Notes under the pieces: generated by a model | Told to the model about the DNA's origin: nothing | Database searches by the model: none | Seen by the model: only the letters and a program-made list of their open reading frames with translations | Sequence record: JX131330.1 | Length of the DNA: 32,000 bases | Strand: one strand, 5' to 3' | Origin: Pseudomonas phage MP1412 | Translations under genes and position numbers: made by a program | In this document: in pieces, positions 8,872 to 17,527 of the stretch | Position numbering within the stretch: the first letter of the stretch is position 1 | Layout of the letters: the number at the start of each line of letters is the position of its first letter

Positions 8872-10314
8872 ATGGACCACGCAGCCTGGCTGAATGAGGA
8901 AACCGGCGAAGCCGCTCAGGAGGCTTACAAGTATTTCATGCGCCCGGACCCGAACCAACGGGAGTTCCTGGGCCCAATCGAGGAGGAGGATGACCCGCTG
9001 ACCGGCATGCGCGCGAAGTTCCGCATGGCGAAGGTGGGGATGGTCCGCAACGCGAAGGATGAAGACAAGAAGGAGGTCAAGGTGTATCTTGGCTTCAATG
9101 ACGTCACCTACCTCCCGCACATCCGCATCCCGAACGCCAAGCCCCTTCAGGGCTGGTACCAGGACAAGCACAACGACAAGCGAGGTTCCCGCGCCCGCCC
9201 CTGCTTCAGCGAGGCGATCCTGACGGAGCCTTATGGTGGCTACTGCACCGTGGGTTGCGCCTTCTGCTACGTCAACAGCGGGTTCCGGGGCTACCGCGGC
9301 ACCGGCCTCATCAGCGTCCCGGTGAACTACGGCGAGCAGGTCCGCAACATGCTCTCGAAGTCCCGGACCTCCGCCGCGGGCTACTTCTCCAGCTTCACGG
9401 ACCCCTTCCTGCCGATTGAGGACGTGTATCACAACACCCAGCAGGGGGCGGAAGCCTTCGTGGAGTTGGGCCTGCCCATCTTCTTCCTGAGCCGTCTCAG
9501 CTACCCGTCCTGGGCCATCGACCTCCTGAAGCGGAACCCCTACAGCTACGCCCAGAAGTCGCTGAACACCGGCAACGACCGCGACTGGCACAAGCTGTCC
9601 CCCGGGGCCATTTCCCTCCAGGACCATATTGACGAAATCGCGGAGCTGCGCCGTCAGGGCATCTACACGTCCATTCAGGTGAATCCGGTGGTCCCGGGGA
9701 TCGTGACCCATGACGACATCCGCCACCTGTTCGAGCGCCTGGCCGCAGTCGGAAACAACCACGTGATCGTGAAGTTTGTCGAGGCGGGCTACAGCTGGGC
9801 ACCGGCGATGATTGAACGCCTCCACAAGCGGTTCGGCCCGGAGCGCACCAAAGCCTTCACCGACCTGTTCACGGAGAACCAGGCCGGAGCCCAAAAGACC
9901 ATCGCGGAGCCGTACCGGGTCGAAGCCCACCAGCTGTACCGGAAGTGGGCGACGGAGCTGGGCATGACCTACGCGACCTGCTATGAGTACCGCCGCGGGA
10001 AGCCCGGAACCGGCGAACCGGCCTGGCTTTCGATGGGCCGTGAAATGATCACCGCGGACCAGTGCCACGGCCAGCGCGTCCCGATGTTCACCCGGACCGA
10101 TCTGGGCCAGCCCTTCCAGGAGGTCAAGGAGTGCGCCCCCACCGGCTGTCTCCACTGCGCGGACGACAACGAGGGCAAGCCCCGCTGCGGTTCGGAGCTG
10201 TTCGGGGCGGCGAAGGCTCTGCGCTCGCCCGACTTCAAGAAGATCGTGGAACCGACCCCGCCGGAGGAGGACGGCGGCGAGCGCAAGATCATCCCGATCA
10301 CGCAGATTGACTGA
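8872..10314 (+). CDS. radical SAM enzyme
   Basis: CX3CX2C cluster motif CTVGCAFC (9244-9267) and SPL-like layout (GYFSSFTDPFLPIED...). Located in the modification island. Confidence 0.85.
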   Translation: MDHAAWLNEETGEAAQEAYKYFMRPDPNQREFLGPIEEEDDPLTGMRAKFRMAKVGMVRNAKDEDKKEVKVYLGFNDVTYLPHIRIPNAKPLQGWYQDKHNDKRGSRARPCFSEAILTEPYGGYCTVGCAFCYVNSGFRGYRGTGLISVPVNYGEQVRNMLSKSRTSAAGYFSSFTDPFLPIEDVYHNTQQGAEAFVELGLPIFFLSRLSYPSWAIDLLKRNPYSYAQKSLNTGNDRDWHKLSPGAISLQDHIDEIAELRRQGIYTSIQVNPVVPGIVTHDDIRHLFERLAAVGNNHVIVKFVEAGYSWAPAMIERLHKRFGPERTKAFTDLFTENQAGAQKTIAEPYRVEAHQLYRKWATELGMTYATCYEYRRGKPGTGEPAWLSMGREMITADQCHGQRVPMFTRTDLGQPFQEVKECAPTGCLHCADDNEGKPRCGSELFGAAKALRSPDFKKIVEPTPPEEDGGERKIIPITQID

Positions 10315-10322
10315 GCAACCCG

Positions 10323-10348
10323 GGCGGGGCTCCGGCTCCGCCGTTTTC
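10323..10348 (+). terminator. putative rho-independent terminator after the radical SAM gene
   Basis: GGCGGGGC-TCCG-GCTCCGCC (8 pairs, one G-U, UNCG-type loop) followed by GTTTTC. Confidence 0.65.
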
Positions 10349-10368
10349 AACTGAAATGGAGAACCAAG

Positions 10369-10932
10369 ATGAAGTACATCAACGTGCGGGGCTGTAACGG
10401 CTCCGGCAAGACAACCCTGCTGCGCAGCCTGGCCCGCGATCCGCTTTGCCGCGTCATCAACGTCATCGTCCCGGACCACAAGCCGATCCCGGTGACGTAT
10501 GCCCCGAACGGCATCGCCATCATCGGGGACTACACCCCCGCCGCCGCCGGAGCGACCACCGCCGGTCTGGACCGGATCAAGACCCAAGCCGCCGCCAAGG
10601 CCGTCGCGGAGCTGGTTGGGCGCGACCCGGACGTGAAGGCGGTTCTGTTCGAGGGCGTGGTGGTCAGCACCATCTACGGTCCGTGGCAGGAGTGGTCGAA
10701 GGCGAACGGCGGGATGATCTGGGCCTTCCTGGACACACCGCTCGAAGTCTGCCTGAAGCGCATCCAGGAGCGCAACGGCGGGAAGCCCATCAAGGAGGAC
10801 CAGGTGGCCGACAAGCACCGCACCATCGCCCGGGTCCGCGACAAGGCCCTGGCGGACGGCGAGACGGTCCGCGACATCCACTGGGAGACGGCCCTGAAGG
10901 ACATCAAGGCCGTCATCGAGAACTTGGGCTGA
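10369..10932 (+). CDS. P-loop kinase, predicted 5-hydroxymethyluracil DNA kinase
   Basis: GCNGSGKTTLLRSL Walker A. 187 aa with KAVLFEGVVVSTIYGPW. Directly adjacent to an HMUDK_hel-like gene. Confidence 0.72.
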   Translation: MKYINVRGCNGSGKTTLLRSLARDPLCRVINVIVPDHKPIPVTYAPNGIAIIGDYTPAAAGATTAGLDRIKTQAAAKAVAELVGRDPDVKAVLFEGVVVSTIYGPWQEWSKANGGMIWAFLDTPLEVCLKRIQERNGGKPIKEDQVADKHRTIARVRDKALADGETVRDIHWETALKDIKAVIENLG

Positions 10933-10943
10933 GGACCCTGACT

Positions 10944-11933
10944 ATGACCACGCCCCGCATCAACGACATCGCCGCCTTCATGAAGGCCCGGCACGACATC
11001 TATCTGGACCGCAAAGCCGGGAAGCCCGGCCCCTGGACCGCGGACCCGGTTCTGCGTGATGGGCGGTTCTGTAACATCTTCCGCGAGCTGGACACCGTGA
11101 CGATCTGGATTGACCAGAACATCCGCCAGCCCTACGCGGACCACCCGCACCTCTGGTTCATGCTCGCCATCGCCCGCTACATCAACTGGCCGGACACCCT
11201 CCGCTACCTGATGGACGAAGCGGAGCCGGGAACCTGGCTCGATGAGGAGGGCTTCGAGCCCGCGAAGCTGACGAAGGCCCTGGAGGACTACGCCGCCGCG
11301 GGCAACAAGGTGTACACCGGAGCCTACATGATCCGCGCGGAGTCCGACCCCTCCAAGGAGTGGTACAGCTGGACCAAGCACCGTTACATCGCGGAGATTG
11401 TCCTGGGCCGTCTCTGGGAGGACCGCGAGGAATGGGCACGCGACCTGGAGCCCGCCAAGTCCGGTCTGCCCAAGGTTCCGCGGGTTCCGACCCTCGAAAG
11501 CGTGTGGGCCAAATTCCAGCAGCACCGCTACATCGGCTGGGGGCCGTTCATGGCCTATGAGGTGGTGACCGACCTCCGCCACACCCGCTACCTGCGCAAC
11601 GCCCAGGACATCTGGACTTGGGCCAACGCCGGTCCCGGGGCGATCCGCGGGCTCAACCGCCTGTATGGGCGCGACCTCGCCGCGAAGCCCCGCCCGGAGC
11701 AGACGAACGCGGAAATGATCGAGCTGATGCGGGAGCTGAACGCCCTGGACGCCCGGGGCTTCAACGAAACCTTCGGACCGCCGCAGCTCGGGAGCCCGCA
11801 CGTGGGGCCGCGGTTCGAGGCCCGGGACATCGAACACACGCTGTGCGAGTTCGACAAGTATGAGCGCGTGCGCCTGAACGAAGGCAAGATGCGCTCGAAG
11901 TATGACTGGCGCAAGGCAACCACCCTCGCCTGA
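10944..11933 (+). CDS. 5-hmdU DNA kinase helical domain (HMUDK_hel / aGPT-Pplase clade 2)-like protein
   Basis: DIYLDRKAGKPGPWTADPVLRDGRFCNIFRELDTVTIWIDQNIR...YIGWGPFMAYEVVTDLRHTRYL. True start taken as the ATG at 10944; the ORF track extends spuriously upstream. Confidence 0.75.
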   Translation: MTTPRINDIAAFMKARHDIYLDRKAGKPGPWTADPVLRDGRFCNIFRELDTVTIWIDQNIRQPYADHPHLWFMLAIARYINWPDTLRYLMDEAEPGTWLDEEGFEPAKLTKALEDYAAAGNKVYTGAYMIRAESDPSKEWYSWTKHRYIAEIVLGRLWEDREEWARDLEPAKSGLPKVPRVPTLESVWAKFQQHRYIGWGPFMAYEVVTDLRHTRYLRNAQDIWTWANAGPGAIRGLNRLYGRDLAAKPRPEQTNAEMIELMRELNALDARGFNETFGPPQLGSPHVGPRFEARDIEHTLCEFDKYERVRLNEGKMRSKYDWRKATTLA

Positions 11934-11943
11934 TCGAAACCCC

Positions 11944-11965
11944 GCCGCCGGACCATTCCGGCGGC
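11944..11965 (+). other. intergenic hairpin
   Basis: GCCGCCGG-ACCATT-CCGGCGGC perfect 8 bp stem, no U-tract. Confidence 0.5.
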
Positions 11966-11988
11966 ACCAACGAAATGGAGAAACCATC

Positions 11989-12549
11989 ATGGCTGTACGT
12001 CTGTCCAATTACATCCGCGAGCAGGTGCTGAATGCCGTCCTCAAGCACGCCTTCGAGGCCCGCGAAAAAGCCCTGGAGGCGGAGAAGTTCGCCCTGGGGG
12101 ACGCCGTGTACAACGACATCTACCCGGAACCGCTCCGCAAGCAGATGGCTGCGCTGCCGGACGGCTTCTTGCCCACCGACAGTGACGTCAAGGTCCAGTT
12201 CGAGGGCCAACGCTTCACACACGTGTACTTCGGGGAGCGCCGCCGCATCGCCAAGTCCCACGAGTACAACGCCGCCCGGGTCTATGACCCCAAGCACCCT
12301 TTGACCGCCCGTTATGACGCCTGGAAGAAGGCCCAGGACGATCTGGACGCGGAGAAGTCCAAGGCGAAGTCCTCCGCGGAGGCCGTCCTGAACTCCGTCA
12401 CCACGGTCAAGAAGTTGATCGAAGTCTGGCCGGAGGTCGAGCAGTTCGCCCGCCCCTTCGCGGTTGAATCGCCGTCCCGGGCTATCGCCCTGCCGATCCG
12501 CGAGCTGAACGCCCGTCTGGGACTGCCTCCGCAAACCGCTTCCGCTTGA
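11989..12549 (+). CDS. nucleotide modification associated domain 5 (Nmad5)-like protein
   Basis: 186 aa. MAVRLSNYIREQVLNAVLKHAFEAREKALEAEKFALGDAVYNDIYP pattern plus position in a base-modification cluster. Confidence 0.6.
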   Translation: MAVRLSNYIREQVLNAVLKHAFEAREKALEAEKFALGDAVYNDIYPEPLRKQMAALPDGFLPTDSDVKVQFEGQRFTHVYFGERRRIAKSHEYNAARVYDPKHPLTARYDAWKKAQDDLDAEKSKAKSSAEAVLNSVTTVKKLIEVWPEVEQFARPFAVESPSRAIALPIRELNARLGLPPQTASA

Positions 12550-12562
12550 GTTGGAGTTGAAC

Positions 12563-13618
12563 ATGAAAATCATCAAAGCCCGCAACGTACAACAGGCCCT
12601 CCCGGAGGCCCTGTATCAACTGTCCTTCGAGGGCGTCCGCCGCGACTCCCGCAACGGCCCCGTGTTCATGTTCCCGGAGCCCGTCACCACCGTGTACCTC
12701 CGCCCGGCGGAGCGCGTGCTGTTCTGGGCGGAACGGGACGCCAACCCCTTCTTCCACCTGATGGAAAGCCTCTGGATGCTGGGCGGACGCAATGATGTGG
12801 AGTACGTCGCCCGCTTCGTGGAGCGCATGCGCAGCTACTCGGATGACGGCGTGACCTTCCACGGGGCCTACGGCTTCCGCTGGCGCCAGCACTTCTTCGA
12901 GGACCAGCTGCCCAAGATCATCGCCGCCCTGAAGGCGAACCGCGATGACCGCCGCCAGGTCCTGTCGATGTGGGACGCGGACGCGGACCTGGGCCGCCAG
13001 GGCAAGGACCTCCCCTGCAACCTTCAGGCCATCTTCCAGATCGCCTGCGACGGTCGCCTGGACATGACTGTGACCAACCGCTCCAACGACCTGATCTGGG
13101 GAGCCTACGGGGCAAACGCGGTCCACTTCAGCTACCTCCATGAGTACGTCGCCCGGAGTGTCGGGGTTGAACAAGGCATCTACCGCCAAGTCAGCGCCAA
13201 CTTCCACGCCTATGAGGAGGTGCTGGACAAGGTCGCCCCGCTCGCGGACCTCGCCGCCAACCCGATGACCGGGAAGGAGACGCCCGACCCCTACGCCGCC
13301 GGGATCGCGGAGCCCTACCCGCTGATGTCCACGGACCCGGAGGAGTGGAACCAGGAGCTGATGATGTTCCTGAGCGAGCCGGACGCCGTGGGCTTCCGTG
13401 ACCCGTTCTTCCGTCGCGTGGCGATCCCGATGTTGAAGGCCCACAAGGCTTTCAAGCAGACCTCCAACCCCTCCCGCTTCGACGCCGCCTTGGCGGAGCT
13501 GGACAACGTCGCCGCCACCGACTGGAAGCTGGCCGGGGTGGAGTGGGTCGAACGCCGCCGCGCCGCCTTCGAGGCTCGCAAGGCCCGGGCGATGGACGAT
13601 GGGGTGGCGTATGAGTGA
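12563..13618 (+). CDS. thymidylate synthase-fold enzyme, predicted dUMP 5-hydroxymethyltransferase
   Basis: DRRQVLSMWDADADL, LPCNLQAIFQI (catalytic Cys), TNRSNDLIWGAYGANAVHFSYLHEYVA, SANFHAY. Confidence 0.82.
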   Translation: MKIIKARNVQQALPEALYQLSFEGVRRDSRNGPVFMFPEPVTTVYLRPAERVLFWAERDANPFFHLMESLWMLGGRNDVEYVARFVERMRSYSDDGVTFHGAYGFRWRQHFFEDQLPKIIAALKANRDDRRQVLSMWDADADLGRQGKDLPCNLQAIFQIACDGRLDMTVTNRSNDLIWGAYGANAVHFSYLHEYVARSVGVEQGIYRQVSANFHAYEEVLDKVAPLADLAANPMTGKETPDPYAAGIAEPYPLMSTDPEEWNQELMMFLSEPDAVGFRDPFFRRVAIPMLKAHKAFKQTSNPSRFDAALAELDNVAATDWKLAGVEWVERRRAAFEARKARAMDDGVAYE

Positions 13619-14207
13619 GGAGCTGAACCGCCGCGCCGCCCGCCAGCTCCTGACCCGGATCGCCGCGACCCGGGAGGCCGGGACGGTCCGCCGGTGCCAC
13701 ATCGTCCCGCACCATGGTCAGTACAACATCGCCCAGCACAGCTACGGGGCCGTGAGCCTCTTGCTGCTGCTCCACCCGCACCCGTCGCTGAACCTGATCA
13801 AGGCGGTCCAGTGGCACGACTGCGCGGAGCGTTGGTTGGGCGACATTCCGGCCCCGGCGAAGTGGACCAACCCCGAACTCGGGAAGGTGTATGAGGAGGC
13901 GGAACGCCGCGTGCTGGCGACCCTGGGCCTGCTCCCGGGCCTTCTCCCTGACGAGGAGAACTGGTTGAAGGCCGTGGACACCCTCGAACTGTGGCTGTGG
14001 TGCCGGGAGGAAGAAGCCCTGGGCAACGAAGCGGTCACGGCCATGCGGAGGGCATGCGAGGAGGTGACGGAGAAGCGGGGCCTGGAGGGTAGCCTGCCCG
14101 AACCCGTCCGTGCCTTCTACGTGGCAGCGAAGCACCAGCCGCATCGCCGCCTCTCGGACTTCTTCGAGGAGGTGGTGCGCGATGGACTTGGAGAAGCTGC
14201 GACGTGA
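13611..14207 (+). CDS. HD-domain phosphohydrolase (YfbR-like 5'-deoxynucleotidase candidate)
   Basis: NIAQHSYGAVSLLLLLHP...AVQWHDCAERWLGDIPAPAK. ATG overlaps the stop of the TS-like gene. Confidence 0.75.
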   Translation: MSEELNRRAARQLLTRIAATREAGTVRRCHIVPHHGQYNIAQHSYGAVSLLLLLHPHPSLNLIKAVQWHDCAERWLGDIPAPAKWTNPELGKVYEEAERRVLATLGLLPGLLPDEENWLKAVDTLELWLWCREEEALGNEAVTAMRRACEEVTEKRGLEGSLPEPVRAFYVAAKHQPHRRLSDFFEEVVRDGLGEAAT

Positions 14208-14409
14208 TTGGGCGGAGGACCCGCAGCTGAAGTTCTACGCCTTCGACACGGTGGAAGAACTCGCTGCGCACCTCCGCAAGGTCCATACCGATATGATGAA
14301 CGGGGAGCACGGGTGTTTTGGGTACTTGTACCGCCAGCAGACACTCCGGCTCCGGGAACTGATGAAGGAGTTACAAGATGAGCGTGAACGAAAAGCAAGT
14401 GGGCGGTGA
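14182..14409 (+). CDS. hypothetical protein
   Basis: 75 aa. Overlaps both neighbours as in a compact phage operon. Confidence 0.55.
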   Translation: MDLEKLRRDWAEDPQLKFYAFDTVEELAAHLRKVHTDMMNGEHGCFGYLYRQQTLRLRELMKELQDERERKASGR

Positions 14410-14764
14410 GCACTACCGCTCGCCCGTCCAACACTGGGACTACGTGGAGCTGAACGGCCTCCGCTACACCGAAGGCTGCGCGACCAAGTACACGACCCGC
14501 AACCGCAAGAAGCACGAGGACCCGCGCCAGGACCTTGAGAAGGCGATCCACTACGTGGAGAAGGTCCAGGACCTGTACCGCAACGGGGTCCTGCTGCCCC
14601 GCTCCGCCCCTGTGGTCATTACCCCGGACGCCTTCGCCGCCGCGAACGGGCTGACGGAGGACGAAGCCGAAGTGGTCCGCATCCTCACCTTCTGGGAGTC
14701 CGACCCGGAACTGACCGCGGCCCTGAACCTCCTGCGCAAGATGATTGCGGAGGTCGGAGCCTGA
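14378..14764 (+). CDS. DUF3310-like protein
   Basis: KQVGGEHYRS-PVQHWDYVELNGLRYTEGCATKYTTRNRKKHEDPRQDLEKAIHYVE is the DUF3310 signature. Confidence 0.8.
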   Translation: MSVNEKQVGGEHYRSPVQHWDYVELNGLRYTEGCATKYTTRNRKKHEDPRQDLEKAIHYVEKVQDLYRNGVLLPRSAPVVITPDAFAAANGLTEDEAEVVRILTFWESDPELTAALNLLRKMIAEVGA

Positions 14765-16758
14765 TGTCATACCTCCAACCACCCCTGTTCACGACCGTCT
14801 CCAGCGACTGGGTGGCCCCGGACCTCAGCACCCTCCCCTCGTGGGAGGGGGCCAAGCGGGTCGCCATTGACTGCGAGACGCGGGACCCGGACCTGCGCAA
14901 ACTCGGGCCGGGGGCAGGCCGTCGCCCGAACAGCTACATCACCGGCATCAGCTTCGCAATCGAGGACGGCCCGGGCGGGTACTTGCCCATCAGACACGAA
15001 GGCGGGGGCAACCTCCCGCTGGAGGGCGTGCTGGCCTACCTCCGCGCCCAGGCAAAGGTGTTCACCGGCGACCTCGTGGGGGCCAACCTCCCGTATGACC
15101 TGGACTTCCTCGCCGGGGACGGCATCGAGTTCGAGCGGGTCCGCTACTTCCGTGACATCCAGATCGCTGACCCGCTGATCTGCGAACTCCACGACAGCTA
15201 CAGCATGCAAGCTATCGCGGAGCGGTGGGGCTTCTACGGCAAGGACGAAGCCCTGCTGCGTGCCGCCGCGGTCGATTATGGGATCGACCCGAAGAAGGAC
15301 ATGTGGATGCTCCCGGCCAAGTTTGTCGGGAAGTACGCGGAGGAGGACACGCGCCTGCCTCTGAACATCCTCCGCCGTCAGGAGCGGGAGATTGATGAGC
15401 AGGACCTCTGGGGCGTGTACAATCTGGAATCCAAGCTGCTCCCGATCCTCACCCGCCTTCGCCGCCGGGGCGTCCGAATCGACTGCGACCGCCTGGACAT
15501 GATTGAGCGTTGGGCGCTGGAGAAGGAGACGGAGGCCCTGGCCCAAGTCCGGTCGATCACCGGCCACCGGATCGCCGTGGGCGATGTCTGGAAGCCGGAG
15601 GTGATCGCCCCCGCCCTCGAACACATCGGCATCAAGCTGAACAAGACCTCCCAGGGCAAGCCCAACATCGACAAGGAGCTGCTGGGCTCAATCGACCACC
15701 CCGTGGCGGACCTCCTCGAACGCGCCCGGAAGGTGAACAAGCTGCGCACGACCTTCGCCAGCTCCGTCCGGGACCACATGGTGAACGGTCGCCTCCACGG
15801 GACGTTCAACCAGCTCCGCCGCCAGAAGGATGACGAAAGCGACGGGACCGCGGGCGCTGCCTACGGGCGACTGTCCAGCGAACACCCGAACCTCCAGCAG
15901 CAACCGGCTCGGGATGAGTTCGCCATGATGTGGCGGGCCATCTACCTCCCGGAGGAAGGCCAACACTGGGCGTCCAACGACTACAGCCAGCAGGAGCCGC
16001 GCATGGCGGTCCACTACGCCTGCTTGGCGAAGGACCTGATTGGGCATCAAGCCTGGCTGTCCGCAATCGAAGCCCGGGACAAGTACCGCAACGACCCGAA
16101 CACCGACAACCACCAGATGATGGCGGACATGGCGGGGATCAAGCGCAAGGACGCCAAGGAAATCTACCTGGGCCTGTCCTACGGGATGGGCGGGGCGAAG
16201 ATGTGTCGCAAGCTCGGGCTCCCGACTATGATGGCCGTGCGCGGCCCCCGCTTCCAGCTGTTCGACGTGAACAGCCCGGAGGGTCAGCGCCTGGTCGCGG
16301 AAGGGGCGCGGAGGTTCGAGGCTGCGGGGCCGGAGGGTCAGGCCCTCCTGGACACCTTCGACCACAAGGTGCCGTTCATCAAGAAGCTGGCGAAGGCTTG
16401 CGAGGCCCGGGCGAAGGCCGTGGGCTACATCACGACCTTGAGCGGTCGCCGTTGCCGCTTCCCGAAGGACAAGGACGGGAACTATGACTGGACCCACAAG
16501 GGACTGAACCGGCTGATCCAGGGCTCCTCCGCGGACCAGACCAAGATGGCGATGGTGGCCTGCGCGGAAGCCGGACTGGACATCATCATCCAGGTCCACG
16601 ATGAGATCGCCTTCAGCGTACACGACATGAAAGAGGCCGCGGAAGCCGCCCACATCATGCGGACGTGCACGCCGCTCGAACTCCCCTCCAAGGTGGACGT
16701 GGAGATTGGGCAGAGCTGGGGCCACTCCATGGGCTGGGACGGGAACCCACCATCATGA
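14764..16758 (+). CDS. family A DNA polymerase with 3'-5' exonuclease domain
   Basis: AIDCETRDPDL (exo), NDYSQQEPRMAVHYA (motif A), RKDAKEIYLGLSYGMG (motif B), LIIQVHDEIAFSV-like motif C (DIIIQVHDEIAFS). Confidence 0.93.
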   Translation: MSYLQPPLFTTVSSDWVAPDLSTLPSWEGAKRVAIDCETRDPDLRKLGPGAGRRPNSYITGISFAIEDGPGGYLPIRHEGGGNLPLEGVLAYLRAQAKVFTGDLVGANLPYDLDFLAGDGIEFERVRYFRDIQIADPLICELHDSYSMQAIAERWGFYGKDEALLRAAAVDYGIDPKKDMWMLPAKFVGKYAEEDTRLPLNILRRQEREIDEQDLWGVYNLESKLLPILTRLRRRGVRIDCDRLDMIERWALEKETEALAQVRSITGHRIAVGDVWKPEVIAPALEHIGIKLNKTSQGKPNIDKELLGSIDHPVADLLERARKVNKLRTTFASSVRDHMVNGRLHGTFNQLRRQKDDESDGTAGAAYGRLSSEHPNLQQQPARDEFAMMWRAIYLPEEGQHWASNDYSQQEPRMAVHYACLAKDLIGHQAWLSAIEARDKYRNDPNTDNHQMMADMAGIKRKDAKEIYLGLSYGMGGAKMCRKLGLPTMMAVRGPRFQLFDVNSPEGQRLVAEGARRFEAAGPEGQALLDTFDHKVPFIKKLAKACEARAKAVGYITTLSGRRCRFPKDKDGNYDWTHKGLNRLIQGSSADQTKMAMVACAEAGLDIIIQVHDEIAFSVHDMKEAAEAAHIMRTCTPLELPSKVDVEIGQSWGHSMGWDGNPPS

Positions 16759-17069
16759 AATTCTGCTATCAATGTGACGCGCAGGTCACTTACTTGTTTG
16801 CGGACGCACGCTGCGCAAAGTGTACCCGCTTGACCCCGGAGGAAGTCCGGGGCGAACCCCTGGAGAACGATATGCGCCGCAGCAACGACAACACCGTGGA
16901 CCTCGAAGTGGTCATCAAGCGCGAGACAGACAAGGCATACCTCATCGACCACGGCGGTGAGGAGGAAGTCTGGATGCCCAAGTCACAGGTCCGTGCGGTC
17001 GAGAAGAAGGGCCGCACAGCGACCCTGACCGTCACCGAATGGATCGCCAACGAGAAGGGGCTGATATGA
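16755..17069 (+). CDS. small zinc-ribbon-like phage protein
   Basis: N-terminal CYQC...CAKC and C-terminal VIKRETDKAYLIDHGGEEEVWMPKSQVRAVE. Confidence 0.65.
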   Translation: MKFCYQCDAQVTYLFADARCAKCTRLTPEEVRGEPLENDMRRSNDNTVDLEVVIKRETDKAYLIDHGGEEEVWMPKSQVRAVEKKGRTATLTVTEWIANEKGLI

Positions 17070-17527
17070 GCGAGCGCCAGGACCGCTGGGACCGCCGCTA
17101 TGTCGGGCTGGCCCAACACGTCGCGGGCTGGAGCAAGGACCCCTCCACGAAGGTCGGAGCCGTCCTGGTTCGGCCCAACAACAGCGTGGCTTCGACCGGG
17201 TTCAACGGCTTCCCGCCCGGGCACGATGACTCGCCGGAGCTGTACGCTGACCGCGGTTACAAGTACCAGCACGTTGTTCACGCAGAGGTCAATGCGCTCA
17301 ACTTTTTAGGCTCGCCTGCGACTGGCTTCACGCTCTATACTTCTTTCCCCTGCTGTCCGAACTGTATGGAGGCCGCGGGGAAGGCGGGCGTGAAGCGGGT
17401 CGCCTTCCCGGGCATCGACTACGCGGGCCGCGATCCGGGGTGGGTTGCTGAGTGGAATCAACGCATTGATGAGGCTTTGGAAGTCGCCCGCCGTTACAAC
17501 ATCGAAGTGAGGTGGGTAGATGTCTGA
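17066..17527 (+). CDS. deoxycytidylate (dCMP) deaminase
   Basis: Zinc-binding HAEVNAL...TSFPCCPNC. WSKDPSTKVGAVLV, GFNGFPPGHDDS. Confidence 0.9.
   Translation: MSERQDRWDRRYVGLAQHVAGWSKDPSTKVGAVLVRPNNSVASTGFNGFPPGHDDSPELYADRGYKYQHVVHAEVNALNFLGSPATGFTLYTSFPCCPNCMEAAGKAGVKRVAFPGIDYAGRDPGWVAEWNQRIDEALEVARRYNIEVRWVDV

Noticed and set aside
10446-11933. 495 aa ORF reported by the track, overlapping the P-loop kinase
   Set aside because: The upstream 166 residues are the out-of-frame shadow of the kinase gene. Homology-like signal starts at the ATG at 10944.
17313-17341. Promoter-like CTATACTTCTTTCCCC inside the dCMP deaminase gene
   Set aside because: No TTTACT block at the required position 23 nt upstream (sequence is CGCCTG). 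The match encodes the conserved TLYTSFPCCPNC zinc motif, so it is coding coincidence.
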